From positions 56,626,681-56,690,680 of the forward strand of contig JARDVH010000059.1 in NCBI GenBank assembly GCA_030324005.1: a stretch of DNA of 64,000 nt. Direction: 5' to 3'. Each line of letters starts with the position of its first letter. Positions within the stretch are counted from its first letter, which is position 1. This stretch comes from Negaprion brevirostris. Its lineage: Eukaryota. The notes under the pieces are model-generated. The model was not told the origin of the DNA. It saw nothing but the letters and a program-made list of their open reading frames with translations, and did no database searches. Positions 12,641 through 25,324 of this stretch are shown here, one piece after another. Both the position numbers and the translations under genes were made by a program.

Positions 12641-13003
12641 GCTCTTTAAAAATATTCCTTGATATTTTTAAGAGTGGTAAGTGGTAACTTGGTAAATTTA
12701 AATTTGAATTTAAATTGGGCTTATAACTACAAAACAAGTGTTTAAGATCATTGTGTGAATTTACCAGCTGTGAGTGCTCCAGTATTAAATGACTGAAAAG
12801 GCACTTAAAATATATAAACCTATTTACCAGTTAAATTGAGGCATAGTAATCAGTTTTCTTGTAATTTCAAAAATATCCAAACTTTTAGAAATTATTAGTC
12901 TTCTTCTTGTACTCAAACATTCCACTTTATCTCCTGGTGCCTACAAATAGGAGCAATTAATGGAAACTCCCAGTGATGATTCATTCACCTCCTTAATTTT
13001 GAG

Positions 13004-13755
13004 TGTTATGACCAAGTGAGGAGGCTGAACTCGTTGCCCTCTACGAAGATATGCCTTTTCCAAATCAGAATGCATATCACTATTTAAGCTGAGAACAACA
13101 AGGAGCCAATCAAACAAGGTTTTCTTAAGTCAAAGAGCAAATTTATTAACCACTATACATGAAGCCGCCCCCCCAACAAAAGCATGCATGCGCGCATGTG
13201 CACATGCACACACACACTCACACACATACATGCACACACACGCACAGATGTAGAAGATGTTAAAGTATCATGTGATATTGATTCGCTGGTAGGTTCCAAG
13301 TAGAGATGGTTTCTCAAACTGGGTGACTCTTTTATTCCAAAGGTTGGAGAGAGAGCAGCCCTCAGCTTCTTTCCTCAACTGAAGCCCTTCTGGACACTGT
13401 CTGTGTCCCTTACAATCTCTCTTTAGTGGCTGGCAGCCTTGCCTTGAAATATTTTACCCGTTTTGTACATCCAAGAGGATGTGGGTGTGTATGACTGTAG
13501 AAGCCATTGTTTCAAAATCCAGTACTTTGCATTTTTAACGTCCCTTGCTTACATAGCCTTAAATATTGATGGGTGTCTGCATTTTAGGAAATGTCTCTCT
13601 TTACATTCCTTTCAGCATGATTGTTAGTTTCTCACCTTCATTTTGTAACTGAATGTTTAATCAGTTTGCCCTGTCTCAGTTCAAATTGCAATATTTCCAG
13701 TCAGCTGAAAGTTGAAATACCATATTTTCAAAAATAAGTGGGCATATCCTCAACA
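13004..13755. mobile_element. Probable solo LTR
   Basis: TGTT…AACA termini; flanks tgag/tgtg form a 3-of-4 TSD; internal CA-rich tract at 13185-13226; minus-strand AATAAA near 13142. Confidence 0.4.
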
Positions 13756-15212
13756 TGTGGCCTGAGCTTGTTTCCAGTGCAACCTTTGTAAAACAAATGA
13801 AAAATATCGTGGAAACTCAAGTTGTGTTGATTGCAATCCACACTTAGAAATTGTGATTTTTGGCATGTTATGCCAATTTCAGGGGAAGTGTATTAAAATG
13901 GAGTCCTGANNNNNNNNNNNNNNNNNNNNNNNNNNNNNNNNNNNNNNNNNNNNNNNNNNNNNNNNNNNNNNNNNNNNNNNNNNNNNNNNNNNNNNNNNNN
14001 NNNNNNNNNTCAGGGGAAGTGTATTAAAATGGAGTCCTGAAGTGGATAGCCCAAGTATAAAATACTCTTGAAAAAATATCATTTTCTTCGAACATACTTA
14101 AAATGTACATTGCTTTTTGATTATTGTGTCAAGATCGTCAACAATGAATAAATAATAGATAACCAAGACTTATGCATTTAGAAACAAAGAACATTTTTGG
14201 ATATGGTGGCAAGATTATTTTATTATTATAGATATATTGAGGTCATATCTAAGACAGTGACAATATTTTACATTTAATAGAACAACATTTTTAGTTTCTT
14301 AATGGAAATCTTCCTAAAACCGTCAAAACCCAATTGTTATCCTGTTATATGTATTGCTAGGAAAATAATGGTTAGCAAGTTACTAAGTGGATTGATCACA
14401 GCTGCAATGTTTCTTAAACTTATGCTTTCAGTGTTTTTTGGTTATAAATAATCTGAAGCCATAGACTGGCACTAATAAGTGAAATGATTCTTACAAGGTC
14501 ACTAGAAGTTCGAAGTCTAATTCAATCAGATTTAATTTTTGAAGTTCAGAAATTAAATGTTTCAAATTTAGTATTTAGTTGTGTCAGCTCGACAGTATCA
14601 ATTCTTAATTGCTTATTTGTATTATATAAAAATAGTTAGAGTGACTGTCATTCAGCTGGACAGTAACCTGCTTTAACTGTGCTGTTGTGCACAAGTATGT
14701 AATAGGAAAGCCTCATCTTTGGGATTTATAGTCTTATTGATGTATTCCATTTTAAACGATACCACATTAACAGTATCTCTGAGTCATGCTTGCAGCAGAG
14801 GATGCAGGATAACACTTCCCACTGGCAATCTCACTACTCACATATCAACAGATGTCAGACCCCGAAGACAGTGGGAAATCACTGATCTCACTAAAAATGA
14901 CAGGAACAGTGAAAATTACAGTAAAACATTGTGGGAAACTTCGTGAGTTAGGAATATTAAAACCGTTGAGCTCCAATTTTGTGTTGCGCTGAAGCTCAGG
15001 AAATTAAAAATATGTGGTAACCCATTTCATTACATTGGTGACTTATTTAAAATAGTGTGGGGCTTTGGAGAGTCATCAGCTATACATACAGAAATATTTT
15101 TGTCCTGGGGCTTGGGGAAATAGTGTATAGGTCCAACAACACATTGCAAATCAGCAATTCCTTTTACCAAAATAAAAAAATAATTAGTGCAGTTAGTTGG
15201 GTCAACTAGCAC

Positions 15213-16800
15213 CATAGAAAGGTTAGAGAAGGGCCATTTATCCCATCATGTCTGTGCTATCCATAAAAGAGCAAAAAAATGAGGCTTATTTTGATCCCAA
15301 TTTCTGGCACCTGGTCTGTAGTGTTGCAGGTTACAGCATTGCAGGTGAGGATCACCTGACCTTTTAAGTGAGTTGAGTGATTCAGCCTCAATCACCAATT
15401 CACACAGTAAATTCCAGAAACCCACTACCCTCTACGATTTTCATCATGTCCTCTCTAATCCTTCTATCAATCACCTTATATCTGTGCCCCCTGGTAACTG
15501 ACCCCTCAGCTAAGGGAGACAAGTCTTTCCTGTCTACCCTATCTAGGCCCCTCATAATTTTGTACACCTCAATTAGGGTCACCCATTTGTCTCCTCTGTT
15601 CTAAGGAAAACAACCCTAGTCTATCCAATCTTTCCTCACAGCTGCAACTTTCAAGCCTGGCAAAATTATTGTAAATCTCCTCTGCACTCTCTCCAGAGCA
15701 ATAATGTCCTTCCTGTACTATACACAAAATTCTAGCTTGTTACACGCTGGCTAAAAATGTTCTCTTGAACACAGTTCAAAAACTTTGTACCTTCTGTGTC
15801 CTTTACACTATTTGTATCCCAATTGATATTATAGGGTGGTTGAAGTCCACAACTGCTATTTCTGTATTGTTTTTAGATTTATAAATTTGCCAACATACTT
15901 GCTCTTCTAACTCCCTTCCACTATTTGGGGGTCTATATTATAGTCCTAGCAACATGGCTGCCCCTTCTTTACTGATGAGATCAACTCATTTGATACTTCA
16001 TTTCATACATCATCCCTCCTCACAGCTGTAATCGATCCTTTAACAAATAATGCCGCACTCCACCTTTTTAACCCCCTCTCGATCCTGCCAGTAAACTCTA
16101 TATGCAGGGATGTTTAGCTGCCATTTTTGCTTCTCTTTAAGCCACACTTCTGCTGTAGTGATGATATCATGCTGTCACGTGACTATCAGCTCATCAGGTT
16201 TATTTACTATGCTCCTTGTATTTACATATATACCATCTAACATTGCCAAATTCTTGTGCTGTGCACTTTTTAAGCTGTGCTTCTCCTGTCTGTCTGAGTC
16301 ACTCACTAATCTCCTGTTCTGAATTAGCCCTTAGGTTCCCATCTACCTGCCAATCTCATTTAGACCACCCCAACCCCCAAGTTCTCCCGAACTCTCAAGA
16401 GCACCAGTAAGTTTCTGTGAGAATGTTCCTTCCAGTCCTGTTCAGGTGTCAGCCATCCAGCTTGTATAGATCTCTCCTTCCCCAGAACTTGTCCCAATGC
16501 CTCAGAGATCTGATGCCCTTCTCACCACACCAGCTTTCCTGCCAACTGTTTAATCACTTCCCTTTTTATATTTAATTGTGCATGGGACTGGGGGTAATCC
16601 TGAGGTTACTACTTGAGGTTCTGCTTTTCAAACAACTTTCAAGCTCCCTGAAGTCAGCTTTCAGGACCCCATCCCCTTTCCTGCCAAAGTCATTGGTACC
16701 TACATGGACCATGATTTCTGGCTGGTCACCCTCCCCCAGAAGAATGTCTTGCAGCCACTTCATGACATCCCTGATACCAGGGAGGCAAAATATCATCCTG
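15213..16800 (-). mobile_element. CR1 LINE, internally deleted (ORF1 esterase, endonuclease remnants, ORF2 end, 3' UTR)
   Basis: ORF track shows CLPGIRDV…GEGDQPEIMVHVGTNDFGRK (SGNH esterase) and LIEVYKIMRGLDRVDRKDLSPLAEGSVTRGHRYKV. Confidence 0.9.
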
Positions 16801-17674
16801 CAGTAATCCAATTTAACTGTTTTTCCATTGAATTCTAAATGTCACATTGTTAAGAGTTTTTGATAGTGAGATCAAAAAGTTCCTGAGATCAAAAATATGC
16901 CTATTTAAAGGCAGGCTGACTCAGGGGGAAGCCCAGGTGATTCAAATCAATGCCAATGATGAATTCCATTATTTTCAACTTCATTTACATTTTACAATCA
17001 ATTTACATTTGTGAAATTGTTCAAAAGAAGTAATATTAAATTTACAACAGCAACTTTGAATAAATTAATGGAGAGCTGTCTCATAAGAGTTGGCTCCATG
17101 ATGACTCAATCTGATTCTCTCTCATGTTACACCAAGGGACCAATTGGAAGATTCAATCAGTTCATTTTTCATGCTGCCTGATTTCCAAAATATTATTGTA
17201 ATGGCAGCTTTGACAATGATCAGAATATTGATGCTGCAGCAAACTTGACTTCAGGGAGAAATGACTTTGACTGATACATTGGGCTGGATTTTCACTGAGT
17301 CAGGATGACTTGGCAGCTTTTAAAAATGGCGAGCATCTTGTCTACCGTTTCCAGGATTTCTCGGCATTTATGATTTTCAGGAGAGCTTGGTAAGGATGTG
17401 GGCTGTGCCTTGCACTCTCACCCTGGCCAGCACCATTGCAAGGAGAGGCATGACCTCATGCTTTACAACTTTCACAGAGTCAGACTAACTTTTCAGAAAG
17501 TTCAGGTTCATAAAGGTATCATGATCGATCGTCTACATGAAGGAATCTTTTGAAAGGTGAGTTGGAAAGCTCCTGCTCATGACCTTCCATGCTATGGTAT
17601 GCCACCAAACAACCCCGATGGCTCTCATGATCCTCCATAGGCCAAGATGTGGCACTTCTGTGCCCATTAATTAA

Positions 17675-19512
17675 GAGGTGGTGGAACAGCAGTATTATTG
17701 CAGGACTAATGACCTGGAGACCTGGGGTAATGCTGTGAAGGCCCACATTTGAATTTCACCATGATGGAATTTGAATTCAATTAAAAAAATCTGGAAAAGA
17801 AGTTTAATGATGACCATGAAAAGATTGTTGGCTGCTAAACAAACTTATTGGGTTCACTAATGCCCTTTAGGGAAGAAAACCCATTCTCTTTACGTGGTCT
17901 GACCTACATGTGGCTTCAGAGCCAAGTAATGCAGTTGACTCTTTAATTCCCTCTGAAATGGGCCAGCAAGCCACTCGGTTGTATCCAACCACTACAAAAT
18001 CACAAAAAGGAACAAAACTGGCATTGACTGAGGCATCGGAAAAGACAATGGCAAACCCAGCCCTATTGACAACTGGGGGCTTGTGCCAAAATTGGGAGAG
18101 CTGTCTCACAGACTAATCAAGCAACAGCCTGATATAGACATGCTGATGGAATCATACATTACATGAGCCTTTATAGTTTATTGTGGTCTTGGACAGAGCA
18201 GGAGCCATAGCAAGCTGTGATACAAACAAAAGTAATGCTTTTTATGGTGCATCTATAAAAGTTTGTGAGAGTCATAGTGGACAGGCCAAATTTCCTTTGT
18301 CTTCTGAGAAAGTAGAGGCATTGGTGGGCTTTCTTAACAATAGTGTTAGCATGGCGGGACCAGGACAGGTTGTTGGTGATCTGGACACCTAAAAACTTGA
18401 AGCTGTCAACCNNNNNNNNNNNNNNNNNNNNNNNNNNNNNNNNNNNNNNNNNNNNNNNNNNNNNNNNNNNNNNNNNNNNNNNNNNNNNNNNNNNNNNNNN
18501 NNNNNNNNNNNTGATACAACCAGAAAGAATGCTTTCTATGGTGCATCTGTAAAAGTTGGTGAGAGTCGTAGATGACATGCCAAATTTCCTTGGTCTCCTG
18601 ACAAAGTAGAGGCATTGGTGGGCTTTCTTAACTATAGTGTTGGCGTGGGAGGACCAAGACAGGTTGTTGGTGATCTGGACACCTAAAAACTTGAAGCACT
18701 TGACCATTTCTACTTCATTCCCATTGATGTAGGCAGGGGCATGTCCACTACTACGCTTCCTGAAGTCGATGTCTATCTCCTTCATTTTGTTGACATAGAG
18801 GAGATTATTGTTATTGCATCAGTTCACCAAATTCTCTATCTCTTTCCTGTGCTCCATCTCATCATTGTTTGAGATCTAGGCCACGACGGTAATGTCATCA
18901 GCAAACTTGAAAATTGAGTTGGAGGGGAATTTGGCCACACAGTTATAGGTGTATAAGGAATATAGTAACGGACTGAGAACACAGCCTTGTGGGGCACCAA
19001 TGTTGAGGATGATTGTAGAGGAGGTGTTGTTGTCTATCTTTACTGATTGCATTCTGTGGGTTAGGAAGCTCAGGATCCAGTCATAGAGGGAGGATCGAGC
19101 CCCAGGCCACAGAGTTTGGAGATGAGTTTCAAAGGGAGAATGATGTTGAAGGCTGAAACAGAGTAGCAGTAGTGTGTACCATATACAAGGTACATGGCAG
19201 AAATTCACCATTGCTCCTTAGAAAGCACCTTCAAAACTCATGACCACCACCATCTAGAAGGACAAAAATGGCAGATGCATGGGAATATCACCATTTGCAA
19301 GCTCCCTCCCAAGCCATTCATCATCCTCATTTGGACATATATCATCATTTCTTCACTGTTGTTGGATCAAATCCTGGAACTTACTCCCTAACAGCCCTGT
19401 GAGTGTACCTACAGCACATGGGCTGCAGCGGTTCAAGAAGGCACTCACCACCACCTTCTCAAGGGCACCTAAGGATGGACAATGAGTGATGCTTCTCCAG
19501 TGATGTTTCCAT
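17675..19512 (+). mobile_element. L2/Daphne-like LINE with SINE-like tRNA-derived 5' end, internally deleted and interrupted by Rex1
   Basis: 17675-17950 aligns to the SINE at 5976/48086. 18071-18163 translates NWGLVPKLGELSHRLIKQQPDIDMLMESYIT (APE domain I). 19162-19512 is the ORF C-terminus (…SKSWNLLPNSPVSVPTAHGLQRFKKA) plus tail. Confidence 0.75.
18171..19150 (-). mobile_element. Rex1/Babar LINE RT fragment
   Basis: GAPQGCVLSPLLYSLYT…FKFADDITVV and FKFLGVQITNNLSWS…TNFYRCTIESILSGCI. Confidence 0.9.
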
Positions 19513-21774
19513 CCATTCTATACTGTACACAGTATAGAAGCAATGAAACCTATAATGGCAGTAAAAAAAAAATTAAAGACACAAATTCATTGATAAATTT
19601 CCCACTTTCTTAAATCATAGTTTTCGACTGCAACCCAATAAAAGTCACAATCATCCATATCTTTGAAGTATCAATAACATAAACTGGAAGGACTTGAAAC
19701 ACTCTAATTTTCTGTAACTAATCATTGCAAAATTGACAGCATATTTCAAAGGACTGGAGCTATCAATCAACAATGTTTTCCCTGGGGCGCAGGTGTTTTA
19801 ATAGGTTAATGGCCAAGCTTCACTATATGTTTTTGATTTAGATCCCAGACATTCATTAGACTACTGAACACCTGAGCCCCAGAGAAAACATTATTTGCTT
19901 GACAACTCTGGCTCTCTGCTCAATGTTGTTGATTTCACAATGTTTATTTACACAAGATTAAGAGTATTTGAGTGCTTACAGTTTATGACATTGTTACTTT
20001 AAAGGTACTGGATGATTTATACCTATTGGGCTGCAGTAAAAATGAGTTTTTAAGAAAGTGGAAATTTATCAATGAATGACTTGTTTTTACAGCTTTTGTT
20101 TGAACACATCCTGCTGACAAGTTAGAGTTTATTACTTCTATACANNNNNNNNNNNNNNNNNNNNNNNNNNNNNNNNNNNNNNNNNNNNNNNNNNNNNNNN
20201 NNNNNNNNNNNNNNNNNNNNNNNNNNNNNNNNNNNNNNNNNNNNCAGTATAGAGTGCATGCAAGGAAGTGCCATAGCTTGGTATGGGGATATGAGGGGCC
20301 ATAGGAGGTAGGGGGGGGCATTCTTTGGCATTGTGACATGAGGTGTCATAGGGGGTGGATAGGCGAATGAGTTGCCAATGACATGGCATGGGTAGCATGG
20401 GGAGGGGGGGTGATGGCTGAGGGTCTTTCTGTTTTTATTATAATGGGGGCAAATTCCCACAACACGGAGGTGGATCATTTAAATAGCCCACCTCCACCTC
20501 AGCTGCATCTGTATTTATCAGCAAACTTGTCTTCAGCCCACACCCACCCCACTCTCCCCACAATGAGAATCCTGTCTTTACAGACACGCTCCTGAGAATG
20601 GTGGGCTGAGCCAGGAATTTTGCACACTGCCTTGAGGATGAAAATCCAGTCTAGTAAATCCAGAGCTTTTCCTTTCTGGTGTTTCTTAGAGTGCTTTCCA
20701 TTATGAGATATAGAAAATGGAGAATTATGGTCTATTGTGCATTTTTTGATACTTAGCAGCAAAAACATTTACCATTCCAGGAAATAATCAGCTCTTAAAG
20801 CTGCCGGAATATTTCCTTTTATTTTTCTCAGAAATGTTTGCGGAATTCACATGATGCGTTGTCATTGTGAGTGGAAAGGCAGCAGAGGCATTGGGATGTG
20901 ACTGGCAGCCAAACAAAAGACTGTTTCGCAATGATGCATTTGTTGATGAAAGGACTTGGCGCCGATCATACAGCTAAACTAAAATATCAAGCCAAATCTA
21001 CAAGAGAAATAATCTTTCCCACTCACATGGGTAGTGTGAATGTGGCTGATACTAATGATGGGAGAAAAGGAATAAGAGGCATCTTAAATTGTGCAGGGAA
21101 AGGTGATTTCATTTGGTTTCAGCTACAGATGTTTTACAGAGACAGCTGCTACCATTTCCTTTTCGCTCTTTGCCTAGTCATTTACCAAATGTGTCCATGA
21201 CTTTCTTAAGTTCATAGACACAGCAGAGATATGAATAAAATCATGGCTTTTGACCAAAGCAAAGCATGCAGCTAAATACACTACTAAACCGCGAGGGCAA
21301 TGTCTGTTGGGATTCTCCCGATTTACCTTTATTTTCAATGGAAGGTAAACAGAAGCCCTGGTGAAATGATTGTTTTTGGCTGCTCACACCATCCCTCTGT
21401 TGTGCAGTGATTTTTGACTGTGGATACAGAAAGGCATTTGATACTGCGCACTTCTGTGCTCTGGAGTCTTGTACAGTAAAGAAAACAAGATCCATGCACA
21501 CAATTGTCATTTAGTTGAATGGTGCTTATGAAAAGGAAATAGGCAATTAGGAAAAAGTATTTACAAATAAACTACTTGACACTTGCAAGAACTATAGCAA
21601 GTTTAGAAGTCCAAAGGTTTCTATTTTTTTCAGAGTTTTACTGACAGTAAGAATTTGGTTTCAAATTAGAGGGGATTTTTTTAAGCTAGCTGCAGGGAAT
21701 CTTGGCTGTTGAGAGCTCATATCACAAATTCAGGGTTTGTACTGACCTTGATTTTCCAGTTGTCCTCCTACATT

Positions 21775-22005
21775 GAATTGAATTATTACTGTCATTTGTA
21801 TTGGGATACAGTGAAAAGTATTGTTTCTTGCAAGCTATAGAGACAGAACATGCCATTCTTAGAGCACATAAGGGAGAAGGGAAGAAGAGGGTGCAGAATA
21901 TAGTGTGACAGTCACAGCTTAATATATTGTAGTGTATTTAGCTGCATGCATTGCTTTGGTCAAAAGTCTGCTGGCAGCAGGGAAGAAACTGCTCTTGAGT
22001 CAGTT
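21775..22005 (-). mobile_element. Rex1/Babar 3' UTR fragment
   Basis: gatacagtgaaaagtattgtttcttgc…gtgcagaatatagtgt is shared with 33190-33312 and, inverted, with 32720-32795. Confidence 0.65.
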
Positions 22006-23109
22006 GATATCATTAATTTCATCCATAGACATCACTGAGTTATCAATTTGTTCCAATTTAGTTGAAGCCTGGCTAAAATCCTGTGGCTTCTGACTCTATT
22101 CTGGATCACAGTTTGAGCAGACACAGGGTGGAATACTGCCAGACACAGCCAGTAAGCTTGTTTGCATTTTTACTGCTGAAGAACAGGAAGAAGAGATGGG
22201 GCTTAACTTTGTACAGAAAGCTCAGAGGCACAGTAACATAAATTAGTTCTAACCTTTAAAATGTACAGACTACTCCAACCTGTGCAGGAGACGAATGCCA
22301 AACTAACAGCAAATGCACAGCATGGCACCGCAACTGACTCATATCCTTTCAAGATCAAAGGTTACCAACCAAACAATGATAAAATCTGGCATAATAGTTG
22401 TAACTTTTTGAAAATACAACAGGAACAATTTATTTTAATAACATAGCTTTCTGCAAAAGCATTGACAGAATGTTCACCGGCACAGAGAAATGAGTCAGGA
22501 AGATCAACAATTTAAATACAAATCAGAATAAATAAAAATGTTGACGTGGTAAGCATGAAAGAGATTAACAGTATTGTTGCACCTTATCAAACTCTTGTCC
22601 TCCATCCCCTGACTACTGTTCAACTTCTGACACACTTCACCGATCCCCCAACCTGACAACACCCCTTTGCCCCATCTATCTCCCCAAACTGCACCCCCAA
22701 CACCACCAACCTTTTGATGACCCCTTCCCTGACATACACCACACCCCAAATACCCCCGACCCCCCCCAACCCACTGACTAGTTCTTATACATCCTAGCAC
22801 TTCCCCAACCTTACCCTCTCCCGCCCCGCACTTCCTCACTCACTTACACAAATACCTTCTCTCCTATCAACTTACCAGTATACAATAGCCAGTGCTACAA
22901 AAAAGGTGAGGCATCAGTTCCCCAGATTGTATGCTTGTATGTTAGTGGTCAGCCATTCCCTCTCTCCTTGTATACTCATAAACTGCAGGGTAACCACATC
23001 TGCAAATGTGCGGTCCACAAAGCTCTCAACTTCACGGATGCAGCACAGTGACACCAGCTGCTGCTCAAGCAGTTAGTAAAGCATACAGTACCCTCAGCAG
23101 TATTGATAG

Positions 23110-23935
23110 GGACATAGAGTAAAAGAGCAAGGAGATGATGTTAAACTTGCACCTTGTTTGGCCTCAACTGGAATATTGCACCATGTCTCAGCACCACACT
23201 TTAGGAAAGATATCAAGATATTGGTGAGAGTACAGAAAATATTCACATTAGTGGTCGCAGGGACGAGGAACTTCAGTTATGATGAAAGATTGGAGAACTT
23301 GGGACTTTTGGAGAATAGAAGGCTGAGAGATGATGTCATAAAAGGGTGGCATGGTGGCACAGTGGTTAGCACTGTTGCCTCACAGTGCCAGGAACCTGGT
23401 TCAATTCCCACTTGGGTCACTGTCTGTGCGGAGTTTGCACATTCTCCCCGGGTCTGCGGGTGTTCCAGTTTCCTCCCACAGTCCAAAGGTGTGCTAGTTA
23501 GGTGGACTGGCCATGGTAAATTGACTCTTACTGTCAGGGGGACTAGCTAGGATAAATGCATGAGGTTATGGGGATAGGACCTGGGTGGGATTGTGTTAGT
23601 GCCTCCTGCTACACTGTAGGATTCTATGATTCTATTAAAATCATGAGGGCTCTGGAGAGGGTAGAGAGAGAAAAACTGCTCACACCTGTGTAAGAATGAG
23701 ATTTAATGTAATTGGCAATAGACGCAATAGAGATGTGAGAAGAAATCTGGAGAAGAAACCTTTCCATGCAGCGAGTGATTAAGATCTGGAATGCGCTGCC
23801 GTGGAGGCAGGTTCCACCAAGTCATTCTAGAGGAAGAATGCATAGGGTTACAAGAAGAAGACTGGGGAATGCACGAGATGAATTGCTCTTCAGAGACTTG
23901 GGTTAAATAGATTCATTCTGTGCTGTAAAATGTCT
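23110..23935 (+). mobile_element. CR1 ORF2 C-terminus and 3' UTR
   Basis: APHFRKDIKILVRVQKIFT…FSYDERLENLGLLENRRLRDD; resumes after the SINE with KIMRALERV…RVIKIWNALP. Confidence 0.85.
23344..23634 (+). mobile_element. HE1 SINE nested in CR1
   Basis: gggtggcatggtggcacagtggttagcactg head, V-core, and gattctatgattcta tail. Confidence 0.9.
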
Positions 23936-24527
23936 GTAACTCTGAGATTCTGAGCTGAGCTAAAGGCCTTTAGGAGCAGCTGTGCTGCTCATTTCTCAGC
24001 CAGCCTGGGTTAGAGGTTTAGACGAGAGATCGAGAGATTGGCAGCTTCAGATTAAGAATAGGAGTGGCAATCTAACGGTGATTGCAATCTGATAATGATT
24101 GCCCCTGTAAGGAAGATTTGGACCTAGAACTGCACTCAGAAATATATTAAAACTGAGAAACAATGGCAGGGGGAAAGCTATTTGTCTGGATTTGCATCAT
24201 CCCATCTCCCCTCACGTAAGTGTAAGTGTACCATCAGCCCAGTCACACAGTTAAAAATAAGAACACTTCATTCACAAAAGACATTCAAATTTTGACTTAA
24301 AATAAGCATTGTGTCTTAAAGTTCATCTTGCAAATGAAACCTTTTCGTACATGAGATCAAAATCAATCGTAAGAGATAATACTTAAAAAATTAACGTGGA
24401 ATTATTTATTGTCTATTCATGGAACTTCTTAAATAAACAAACAGACTTCAGTAATGGGAATAAAAGGTCTAGATCTATTGAGAGAAGTGAAGCAGTACAC
24501 TGAGAGAGAAGTAGGCCCTAGTTGAAG

Positions 24528-24826
24528 GCCCTACCTCTCTATGGTATTCACTGATCACATATCCTATCTCCCTTCAATCAGGAGCAATGTCTAAGATGCC
24601 TATGATTCACCAAGGAGGTGTGACTGAACTGTGCCACATCCTACAAGTGGATCTGCAAACACACAGCAGGGCAAGGAAAATGCTGCCAGCGGCTAAGAAA
24701 ATCACTGTCCCTCTCAGTTTGTATGCTTCAGGATGCTTTCGAGCCAGAAACAGTGACATTGCCAATATTTCTCAGGTCACCATGCCTTACTGCATCAGGG
24801 AGATTTTATTGGACCTGTGCAATGGG
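24528..24826 (+). pseudogene. PIF/Harbinger (HARBI1-like) transposase N-terminal fragment
   Basis: VTELCHILQVDLQTHSRARKMLPAAKKITVPLSLYASGCFRARNSDIANISQVTMPYCIREI, matching the HTH region with AL.FYASGSFQ…GD…ISQ pattern. No DDE domain is present. Confidence 0.8.
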
Positions 24827-24965
24827 AGAAAGGCTATATTCCATGATGAAGCTGACAAACCAACAAATCACCCTCAGGGAATGTGAACAGAAACATTTCC
24901 TATAATCCAGATACCCATCGAAACTTGTAACCGTGCAAGGACGAGACATTAAAAATGCAAAATGC

Positions 24966-24992
24966 TGTGTGTGTGTGTGTGTGTGTGTGTGT
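24966..24992. repeat. (TG)13 microsatellite
   Basis: Direct read. Confidence 0.95.
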
Positions 24993-25324
24993 TCACAGCT
25001 TAACTAGTGAAGTACATCCTGATTCAGAAAAGGCATTTCCTCATGAAAGATAAACTTAGACATTTATTGTAACCAAACGAGGAAGTTGAATAGAGAGGAG
25101 ACAGTTCCGTCCTTTTCACCCGAATAGCAATGATCACTTAATGAGGTGGTACTGTCACTTTTAACTGAGCTTCACTATTTACCAATACATTCTATTTCAT
25201 GCCTGTAATTTGCTCGGAAGCTTTGCAATCAAATTATTAAAATCCCACAATGCATCCTGGCAATCAATCAATAGGTCTGATTATGTCAAATGGCAATGGA
25301 GTATATGACCCATAGCTTCCTTAC

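Noticed and set aside
11720-12737. Cluster of long overlapping ORFs
   Set aside because: Caused by a GC-rich non-autonomous element and by N runs read as X.
13879-14040. Identical 31-nt sequence on both sides of an N gap
   Set aside because: Typical unmerged contig overlap; assembly artefact.
24587-24886. 99-aa ORF resembling HARBI1
   Set aside because: Frameshift and stop upstream and no DDE core; a dead transposase fragment, not the domesticated gene.
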